64,000 nucleotides of DNA from Schmidtea polychroa (Eukaryota). Of this stretch, positions 38,681 through 50,600 are shown piece by piece. Position 1 is the stretch's first letter. Every line of letters starts with the position of its first letter. The translations under genes were made by a program, and so were the position numbers. Below the pieces are notes generated by a model. It was not told where the DNA came from and did no database searches. It worked only from the letters and a program-made list of their open reading frames with translations. The stretch spans positions 49,848,001-49,912,000 of the forward strand of contig CM097886.1 in assembly GCA_044892525.1 (NCBI GenBank). Direction: 5' to 3'.

Positions 38681-41600
38681 TTGAAGGCTTTTGGTGGACA
38701 TGGTAATCTGCATTATTCAACCGATTATTTGTTGCCTCGGCCTGGACCAAATAATTCCTCGATGTATTTTCCGGCAGCTCCGATAACAAATGACTTTGAT
38801 ATGCTCCAAGACCCGACATATTTACAAGAGCAATTAAACAGTGTTCAATTGGAAAATAAAGTCATACAATCTTCAATCGAACGGGAAATTCTGCAAAGCC
38901 GGCTACAAAAGATTAAACAACAAAAATATTATCAACAACCTGGTTTAAATCCAAATATCCCAATGCAATATCATCAACAGTATTTGCCACATCAGGTTTC
39001 TATGCCAAATTATTCAATTGTCCAACCAACAAGTCGCTTTCCGACTTACCCTCATTACCATCAACAACAATATCCTCATCAATTTCTTAACTCTGAACAG
39101 TTTTCCAATTCTCCAACAGGTGGTCCACATTTTCATCAGACGAATCCATTGTCAAATTCTCAACCACATATTCACACGGATAATAACCAAATTCAACATG
39201 TTCATAGTATGTCCTTGGATCAAGCTGATTCAAGACCTATTACCCAAATTCCACCGAATAAAGAAACTGTTCAAGAAAAAGACTCGAAAATCATTGATTT
39301 ACAAAATATCAAATTAAAGAAAATTCCTACTTCAGCCGCTGCTCCACCAGTGCCACCGCCGCCTCCTCCTCCTCCTCCTCCTCCTCCTCCACCTGCTCCA
39401 AATGGACACATGTAAGACTTGACATTTTTATATTAATTTTTAACTTTTATTAATTTCTTAATTTTGAAAATCCAGAATACATTTGTGATGAGTTCTAATC
39501 CATTTTATTAACAAATATTCTTTTGATGTACGTATTTTAATGGCGACATCAATATGGGTATGTGTGAATAAGATTGGTTTAGTAAGGGGTGACTCTCAAT
39601 AAATGTTTCAGGTTCATATAGTATTTATCAAAAAAGCCCTTTTAAATCATAAATATAAAACTGACAATATTTTTGCCTTGCCTTCTTTGAACAATGCACT
39701 TAATACTCGTATGATGATTTGTTAGAAATCCCTTTGACATCAGTTTCGTTATTCTTCCGAATTCCTTTAAACAAAATTGACACTGAAAGAAAATTGAATA
39801 ATTAGCTACAAAGTTAGGGATTGCTATCGAATTCAGCTTCCATGGGACGTAATGTTTGTAATGTTTGATAATCTATAGCAATAATTAATATCCGTATGCG
39901 GACTTTTCGTCACCGGACGATTCATCCAGTAGACAGTTCACCCATGAACGATTCATCAGAGGACGGTTCATCCAAATTAATTGAAACTAGAAATTACTAA
40001 AGTCCTCTCAATCGTCCACTGGATGAATCGTCCGGGGACTAAAAGTCCTGGAATCCTAATATCGTACAAGAAAAGAAAACTGTGTTAAGTATGAGTTACC
40101 CCTTCCAATTTTAGCTAGGTCCACTTTAAGGTCAAAAATTTGTTCCGTGCGGGTGGCGGATTTTGTACATTATCTATGTCGTATCCATTTATTATTCTTG
40201 AAATAAATACAACCAAACAAAAAAACTAATAATACAAAAACATTGCAAGGATAAAAATTAAATAAAAGAAGCTTTAATTTATTTCAAATATAAATTAGCA
40301 CGTGTTTAGAACCTTCTCAAATTGTGAGTCACAATGTTGCATTGTATCACATTGTATGAAGTTTCAATGCCATTAACATTACTGCTGTGTTTGTTTAACA
40401 ATGAAGGTATATTGCACATTTAAAATGTTTATTTATAAAATTATAAAATATTATTTATAGCTTATTGTTAGAAATAAAAAAAACTGTAAAGGCTAAAAAT
40501 TTAATTTTTTAATTTTTTCTATAATTATAAAAACGTCTGCGGAACTTTGAAAAAAAATTAACGATTACACTGGTACCCCACTTATGGTTAAGGGTGTGTT
40601 CCAAGCTTTCATAACATAAAGTGAAATAACTTTAAACAGGATATAAAAGTATACGCACAATCTGTGAACCAGAAAACAATTTCTATAAAAAATGTAAAGT
40701 TGAAAAAAATTTTAAATTTGGATAATATTATAGTAAAATAACATGAAACGTAATAAAGTTAGAGGAGGTGTTTCTGTAATTAGATTTTAATCAATATTTC
40801 AACGAAAATTTAATGAAAAGTTAAAAGATAAGATTAATGCCCCATGTCACATCGAAAACCAACATAAAAAGATAAAACATATATAACGGTTAATATAACA
40901 AAGTGAACTGTCAATAGATGTTGATTGAAAGAAATATTTATTAGAAAAAAAAGTTTGTATTTTCCTTTTTTCCTTTTTAAGATTTTATTATTTTTGGTTG
41001 GTCACCTTAAAATTAAAAATATTTTCTAAAACAATTAAATAGTATATTAAATAGTATTAAATAGTATATATTTTGCTATGAATAATAATATGGAAAAACT
41101 TTCATTTGTATTAAATATAATATTCGCAACAAAATGCTTAAATTACCATTTAATTGTTTTAAAATTTAATTAATTCTGCTACCAAGCAATCATCACTTTA
41201 TACTAAAAATCTTTTCATTATTAAACTTCGCTGATTTTCTAATAAAATTTGTTTAAATATTACATTTGTTAAATGTTTAATTGTAAATCAGTCAAATGTT
41301 CAGAAATACATATATCGGCTACAACCAGTAAAATATTGTTTTTATAGCTTTTATAAATTTCAATCTAGAAATTTATAGTTATTGTTAATAAATGCAATGA
41401 ATTAACCATAATGATCCGAATCATACCGTCAGATGGGAATGAAGTTCAAAATCTCTTAGTATAAACCACTGGGAATTCATAAGCTTCCCTTACCGTAAAG
41501 CTACTATTCTAAAAATGAATGATTTTCTAAAAAAGTATAGTGAAATAATGTTAGTTGAAAGAAGTAAGTAAAATTGTAAAACTTCTTTTGAGATAAATAC

Positions 41601-44600
41601 AATATTTATACAATATATAAAAGTACCCATATACTTAAATAGTTAAGCGAATTCTGAGAATCAAAAACAGAAAGTGTTTGCTACTGGTAAGGAGGTTTAA
41701 ATTTATATAGAAAAGCGAAATCAAATAGTAAAATGATATTGGAATTTTGGAAGGATTAGGTTTATAATATCGAAGTCAATCATTCGGTGGCACTTTACAG
41801 GTATAGAAATAAAGATCATATTTTACATTTGTAAGTTTGTAATAAAAGAACTAAAACAATTTCTGAAGCTTTTTCAGAACTAATAACTCATTTTGTAAGT
41901 TTTTGAAAATATATTTACGAAAACATTGAGAACAGTTTATATAGGATATGTTACCACGGAGCCCGCTTTAGGTTTCGATGACCATGATTATGTCTACTTT
42001 TATTAGTATTCCTTAAGTGTTATTAAAAATTACTTTAAAATATATAATTTAAACGTTTTGATTTAATTAGATTTAATATATTATTTCAGGCCGAATAATG
42101 ATTCCAATGAACAGACTGAAAGTGGAGAAAAGGTAAATGAAGGAATTGTGATTTTTGTAAAAAAGTTCTTAAAGTTTGTTATATATTAACATTTTTTTAA
42201 TAAATATNNNNNNNNNNNNNNNNNNNNNNNNNNNNNNNNNNNNNNNNNNNNNNNNNNNNNNNNNNNNNNNNNNNNNNNNNNNNNNNNNNNNNNNNNNNNN
42301 NNNNNNNNNNNNNNNNNNNNNNNNNNNNNNNNNNNNNNNNNNNNNNNNTGCATTTTAATTTATATTTAATTTATATAATTATTTGTTAAAAACAATAAAG
42401 TGATAATATAAGCCTTTTTGCTTCGAATAATGTATTTAATGAAAATATTATCGACTATAAGATATTCCTTAAGATAGTCGAAAATATTTTCATTAAATAC
42501 ATTATTCGCAGCAAAAGGCTTATATTATCATTTTATTGTTTTATTATTATTATATTATTATCACTTTATTGTTTTTAATAATAAATGCTGCTACCAAGAA
42601 ATCATCACTTTATAATTATTTTTTGTTTAAATACAAAAAACAAATCATTTGTTTATTAAAATTCACTCATTTATTCGCTTGCGAAATGCCAGATACCAAC
42701 GGGTGACTGGAATAATTTAGCCCAGCGCTGGCGAACCTATGGCACGCGAGACGATTTCGTGTGGCACGTCAAACCTTTGAGATAAAACAAATTTGTGTAA
42801 ATTTTAGTAGTATAAAATCATTGAAATCGCAATTTAACACTTCAGCAAGATTCTATTGTGCAAATATTTTAGAAACCGTTAACTAGGAATCGAACAATAG
42901 GTCATTTTCAGATGGCAGAATATTTCTTATGATTAAATCTATAAATTATTTTCTATCAATTTTTGTATATTCCGCATTTGTTTTAAAAAGTAAAAATAAA
43001 CAAGTTAAGATGCGCACGAATTTGATGACGCAGACATCTTGTTGACATTATTATTGGTGAAAGATTTAATTTTTTTTGTAAATAGTTAATAATTTTAAAA
43101 TAGAAATTTGCTAAATTAAATGTCGTGTTCAAAGAAAAAAAATAAAACTCCTACATTTTTAGAATATTAATATAGATAAATTTCATATTGTAAAGTTTTA
43201 ATATTTTTATTAGTTATTCAAAATCTATCCCCATTAAAGGCTAAATGGAGAAACATTCACATTTGTCAGGCTTGCTCAACTTAAATAAGACTAGGAGTAC
43301 TTTTTTACTTCTTAACGAATAGCGATCGACCATACGTTTATAATACAGTTTCTTCATTCAATGACTTTCTGTTGAAACAAGGTTCCGTTTAAAATTAGAT
43401 TTAAATTTTCTTTATAATTATCAATATTTTCATTAAAATCATTAATATTTTCTTTATAATATTCTTCTTTAATATATGAAGAAAAAAGGTTTTTGTGTTT
43501 GTCACCCATAGAATTCCCCACCGTTGGACATAGGGTGCTGAAATTTTGCATGTGACCCTCATTTAACTCTGTACAGGTCATAGGCTATGTTTCACCCCAG
43601 GTGACCATCCCTAGGGTACCCTTAGTTGGTGTTTTGTCTGTCCGGTCAGCAATTTACCATATGAATAATAATTTATTATATGCTTGCTACTTGCAGTTGA
43701 AAGTAATATAATTTAGTCAAAAGTTTTCAAAGCAGAATTCAAATATGGAGAATTTGAATTTTATTTAACTAGTGAACCAGTTTGCAATTGGAAAAATATT
43801 GCCAGTTATTTTTCGATTTAAATTTGAGTGCGTTTTCGATTTTACAAATTAAAATTTATTTTGAAAGCTTTTCTTATTGTGAATTAAACATGGAATTGAA
43901 GCTGTTATAAAATTAATACTGGAACGTAATAATATCATTAAACAAAAAAATAATTTAAATGAATTATTATAATAAATGTAAACTCGGGCGAAGCCGGGTA
44001 CAATAGCTAGTAATTAATAACTCTGTAAAAATGTTATTGGATTTTTACCGTAAAGCCTAATATTTTTTATTTTTGTTGATTTACGCAAAATGTAAGCACA
44101 GAAATGTAAACGTAGGAAAATAACGTCCGATAAAATATACTTTTTTCGTGTTGAGATATCAACAGAGGTTGCAATGATATGGTAAGGACGAAATCTGAAA
44201 TAATTACAAAGATCTTATATTCATGAATATTTAAACAATTATTACACTAAATTTAATACCGATTTCACCCGAACAATTTCACAATAGATAGTGCCGAAAC
44301 GACGAAACTCTATTGTCAAATACTCGGAAGTAGGAAATCCATCGACTACTGTTGTAGACGATAAAGATGTTTTACCCGCCGAAAAATTGCAGGTAATGTT
44401 TGAATATTCGCGCCTCGATTCGTCGAGAATGGTGGCTTTGCGTCTGATGGCTTTATCGCCATTTTTACTTAATCTTTGGTGAATTAATTGCCTATTTAAT
44501 TGCGTTGCATTTTTTAATTACTTTCATTCACCAGTTAAATTACCTCTTAAAAATATTTGCTATTACATTTCTTTTAATCAGCGCGAATTAATTAAAACTA

Positions 44601-47600
44601 ACTCCGATTTATTAAAAAGTTTTAATACAATTTGATTATGACATTTATGTCAAAATAAATTATTAGTAGAATTCTTTGAAAGATACATTAAAATATTTAT
44701 TAAATGTCACAATATCCTTTTCACTGTAGATTTCTTTTCATTTTCAATTAAATTTCTTTTCATTTCTTTTCATAAATATATTTTTTTATTTAACGCGACA
44801 TTTCAATACAGTCTTGTACAAACAAAATTTTATTAATTAAAAAAAAATTATGATTTTAATTAAAATAATCAATTATTTTTCAATTTATATATATTTATAT
44901 TAAATATAAATTTTTAAAATATTTTATTATAATTTCATTTTAATACGAGGGTTGCTATTTATGTATCCAGAACTGGCATCGCTGGTGTTGGTAGGTGCCA
45001 TCTGACATATTAATCATTAATTTCGACATTTTTGACGATATACGTGCTCAGAACATTTTTTTCATACGGAGGCTATTTATGGAGTTTACAGTAACTTGAA
45101 AATTTCATCTCAGTCAAAAAATGGAATTAACTCGAGAAAATTTCCGACATCTCCTTAACATTGCCAACTTTAGGGATCAATTAATAATTGTGAGCCCAAT
45201 AAAGGTCCCACAACCTTGAACCCGGGAGATTATAAAATTACGAACAGTATAACGCTTAAGAAATAATATAACATGTGTTTTTTCACTTTTTTGGTTTACA
45301 CATGTTAGTGATTTTAACTATATGATGACTAATACCATAAAGATTTAAACAAAACAATTATTTTTACATATTACATAGTACAGTTTACAAATCATGCTAT
45401 TTTTGTTTGTTTACTTTCTTTGTAAAATTGTAAAATATTGTAAAAACGGAGAGACAGGAGATTTACATCTCCCGGGTCATAGTTAACCGGATTAGTTAAG
45501 CGGATTCCGGGAGACTCCCGGCAAAAACGGGAGAGTTGGAAAGCCTAGCTGTATGAGTAAAATAGCTATTGTGAATGTGTAATTTGTAAAGCTTTGTTGA
45601 TAACATCTTTGGATTCGAAAATTAATGTGAAAAATGCTGTGAACACTTGTGCTTTGAATGTTTTTAAACAGGTTGTAGATGGTCGGGGTTTGGATTGTTG
45701 TTGTTTTCAAATGTATTAAATTATATAATTGAAATTAAAAATAATGAAAAATTATATTAAAAAAATTATTAAAAAATTTTTTAATAACTTTAAATATATT
45801 TAGTATAAATCGAAAAATAATTGATTATTTCAATTAAATTTAAAAAAATATATTTTTAAAGAAAAATTAATAAAATCAGTTTATAGAGTTTATAATATCT
45901 ACAGTTTTTATCATATCTGATGATGACAAGAAAACTATCGAGATATATCGTAAAACAAATGTTTGAGTTGCACTATCTTATAATAGGAATCACGTCATAT
46001 TTTAAATGAAAAAAAGTTACATTTGATACTATTGCCAATTATAATTCAGTGGAATTTGAATGGAACCTTTACATGCATCACTGCTATAATACGAGAGTGT
46101 AAATCGTTCAAAGGAACATTGATGGTACTTTGGCTTTCGTAAGGAAGAATACAGATCGACTCTTACTACGAGTTTCACAAAAGCAAATAAAGAACACATT
46201 CTTAGAATGCCTATCTTTGAATTCAAAAAAATAATACTTGGAAATTCTGTATATATTATGAACGTTTTCAATATATAAAAGTTCATTGCGTTAAATTATA
46301 AAGTGAGACTTGGAATTTGATTGATATTGTCACGAAACAGATTGAAACAAATTATTTTACATAAATGAAAACATTTTACAATTAATTTATTAAATAAACA
46401 AATCACATTTTTTAAAATTATTCTCATTGATGATATAAATTATTTTTCAGGAAGATAAAAAATCTTACATGAGAGCTGCGGAAGTTCCAAAAGTCAATGT
46501 AACAAATCGAGCAGCTTTTCTCGAAAACTTCTTTAAAGAGAAACCTCCTCCAGGCGTCGATCCCACAATTCAAGGAAGTAGGAATAAATTGTTCATTTAA
46601 TTTTAAAGAATAACTAATACTCCCTCTGTCCAAAAATGATAGTCCAGTTTGACTTTCTTGGCAATTTCTTTTATGCGTAACAGTGATATTTAAAATGCAG
46701 TTTTGTTATTTGTTCAATCAATAAAATAAAATTATTTAATGTGTTTTTACTGTAAAAGGTTTTACAAAACCGTTCAATTTTTTATATTCTCTATTGACAA
46801 TCATTTTGGGAAAATGGCTAAAATGCAACGGACTATCATTTTTGGACAGAGGGAGTAATTAATTACTATTCTTTTGAATAATTTCAATGGTAAATCATAT
46901 TAAGGTTAACATGGATTGGGTAGTTGTTTCTAAAAGATTGAGATGAGCATACCTTTTCAATATTCATCTTCCTCGTATGTTCATAATATATCTGAGATAA
47001 AATGGAAACTATCATCTCCCTTTTCATCCGTAATAAGAATATTCATGAATGACAGAAAATATCTAAACAAATTATTAAGAAAATAAGCTTTTTTCAATAT
47101 TGAAAGGAAATAATAATTATTAAAATGTAACCCAAGTTTAAACAACCTATTCAATTACATTCTTTCGGTATTCCACATTTTTTTTGAATGACGAATATCT
47201 TTTCTTTTACTAATAATATTTACGCATTAATATTTATGTCTCATTTCAATTCAGAGAAACGAAAAGTACCAGCCTTGACAGTAGAAGAAACAAAATTCCC
47301 CGAAAATCAAGCCAATGCAATTAATCTGCTGGCATCGATGAATCCTCCTAAAAACCTATTACCAAGACCCAGTATGTCCGGTGGTAAACTTCAAGAAATA
47401 AAATTAAATAAAGTCAAATTGCCGAAGCCTAAACCACAAGTGTCAATAAGTGATAAAAAAGATGAAATCATGTTCGAAACACAGTTACCAAGAACCAACA
47501 TAAACACAATTAAAACAGAAACCGTTCCCGTTCCATTGCCGAGAAATCTAAACCAAACCGAAAAATTGCTGAAACCTATTACTATGAAACCTAGAAAATA

Positions 47601-50600
47601 TGTGTCAAATACTAAAGCGGATATTTTATGCGGTTTACCTGACATGAGGTATTACACATATCAGAAAGTCCCTTGGACTTGTATGTTGAAAAGAGAGGTA
47701 TTTTCTATTGTTTTTCTAATGGAGATTAAATTGAATTCCCATTCTAGATTTATCTCCCAAATGAAATCCAGAATACAACTATTATGAATCCCATGATATT
47801 TTGTCAGATTGTTCGAGATTTGATTGAATTCCCATGTATTCGTTGGATTGGTAACGAAAAGCGAAAACTTTTATCTCTAATTGGTAAGAAAATATTAGTA
47901 ATCAAATTATTAATCTTTATCACTCANNNNNNNNNNNNNNNNNNNNNNNNNNNNNNNNNNNNNNNNNNNNNNNNNNNNNNNNNNNNNNNNNNNNNNNNNN
48001 NNNNNNNNNNNNNNNNNNNNNNNNNNNNNNNNNNNNNNNNNNNNNNNNNNNNNNNNNNNNNNTTAAATAGGAAATCGAGTGACAACAGACATTAACTCCA
48101 TCCTTGCAGTACCAACGAATACAATGCTAAAGGTTATAGATGAAACCTTAAAATGTGAATTATATTTCTCTCGATTTTATGAAATTAAAGTAAATGTTAA
48201 TATTAATGTATGATAAAACTTTAGCAATTATATAAATAAAAAATTAGTGGGTGAAAATGCCCGAAGTGGGTAGCACATATCATTGGATGTCGATATCGCA
48301 CAGTGGTGTACGGTTCGTCTATCAGAATTCAAAATCATCCGAAAATGAATTAATGATTGGATCGCATATTTTATATTCAAATATCGATAAGGTCACTTGC
48401 AAATCCCCTGATCAATATAACAATTTGCAAATAATGACAATTACAACAAAACCAGGCAAAAAATTCAAAATCAAAACTATCCACGTATGGCAGTGTTTTG
48501 TAAAATATGAATTTTCACAACCGATATTTCTTTAGGCAGATTCTGCACGAAAATTGATAATGGAATTTTCAGAACAACAGAAAATAGAACAAGTAAGGAG
48601 TTTGTGTTAAATAGGGTTGATGATAATTTCCCCCGATAAATTTAATGTCTTAATGTAGTTTTAGTTTATTATTATATTTATTATTATTTATTTTTAGAGT
48701 CATGGAACGATCAATCTAGCCAGTAATTTAAATAATAAAAAACGAACTCGCAACCTTTTAAATGGTATAATAATGTCAAATCTTTCATTTTCAAATTTAC
48801 CTATAGAAGCTGTGCCATTTACAGATTCTGGACCGATGATGCTTGGTGTAAATAATCAACGGATCCAATTTCCCAGTCATTCGAATTCTTCTAATATATA
48901 TAAAAATATCGACAGATCAGTAGACATAGAGAAAATCTACGATAAAGTTAAAAAACAAGGAAATCTCATAGATTTTACCATGAGCTTTTCCAAATATAAG
49001 TAATTTTGAATGATATATTATATTATTTGTGATATTATTCAGAGACAGGCAACATGTGTCAAACGTTATCCTTAGATGGCAACAAGACCCTATCAAAGAA
49101 CCAATACTTCAATCATCAAACGATGGAATTATTCGGCAAGCCATGGAAATACATAATTGTAAGTTTTCTGTTAAGAATAAAATCTGAATAAATTTCTGAC
49201 ATAATTATGAAATTTTGATTTATCGAAACCATTTTTGTTTTTGGTGATTTTTTTGCAAAACTTCGTAAAATAGAATTTGCACATATTTCTAGGAATTTCG
49301 TATTGTAAAAAATTCTGGTTTTTTGTACAAAGGATATAATTTTTATTTTAATTTCGGATATTTATAAGATTATTATCCAACCAAAAATAATTATTATTTT
49401 AAAAATTTAATCTGAAAATAACCATTATTATTATTATTATGCACTTGTAAACAGTTTCTGTATATGACGGTATCTCCAGAGGTGAAACTGGTTTTTCATA
49501 CGCCATGTTTACAAGTTTACAGATATTTGTTTTCAGTGATTTAGCTAATTTGCAAGCGATATGATTTCCAGTGTGCCAGAGAAAGTATGCAATAGAGTTG
49601 AATCAGCAATATTGTATACTTACCTGGTGCGAAGAGAAATCTTCGTCTCTCCTGCATAGTACTGATGAGAGCCAAAAGCTCGAAACTAGTCTACTATTGG
49701 GATTTGCACTGGGTATCACAAAGCTTGTAATGTTTATATTATTATTATTATATTAAATTTTTAATTAAAATTAGTTTTATTGCTTTTCACCGACGATATA
49801 TCAAGCGGCCGAAATCCTAATCCGATCAATTCAGCAAATTTGATATTCAAGGTAAATTTGTGAACAATTTTTAGTCAAATTTAATAAATATTAGATGCTT
49901 TTGCAAAACGAGGAGTTAAATGAAGAAATTTTCGTACAAGTATTTAAACAAATTAATGGAAATCCATCGATTAAATCGTAAAAACATTTTTTAGAAATTC
50001 TTTGAAACATTTTTGAATTTATTTTAGGAGAAATTATTTATGGAATTTTCTCTCAATTCTGATAATGTTTATTGGCGTGAATCAGAGAATGCAGCCTTTT
50101 CTTTTAGAGCACTTGAATCAAATTATAAAAAATGTTTCAAATGAAGATCAGCGTAATTGATAAGTATAATAATAAGATTAATTTTTGTGTTATTTCTAGA
50201 TTTGGCGGCTTTCGCTTTAAAAAATTATAAAATATTCTCAAAATTCGGACCAAGGAAAGCGCTCCTATTGGATAATGAATTCGACCAATTAATGGTAAGC
50301 AAATTAAAACCACTTTATTTGCGGACAGTCATATGACTTGTATGAATAAGATAAAAATGAATAAGGAATAATGGGTCTTTAAATATACTCAATATGTATT
50401 ATAATAACGAATTTTATGATTGGTGAATTGAAAATATTTGCGACACACAAACTAATAAAGACGGTTACTTGCTGGACGAATAGGGATATATTTCAAATGG
50501 TCCAAAAATATAATAAACTAATCGAAACATCAAACTGCCATATAATAAACCTAAGATTATAAACCACAACATCACAATTGTAAATGATGGGATTTTAAGC

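Noticed and set aside
38398-38706. Poly-Tyr protein (and poly-Ile/poly-Leu ORFs at 20373, 25012, 56332)
   Set aside because: Read-through into trinucleotide microsatellites; a canonical intron explains the poly-Tyr case.
42723-42780. hAT-type left end CAGCGCTGGCGAACCTATGGCACGC
   Set aside because: No right end or TSD was found, so no element could be delimited.
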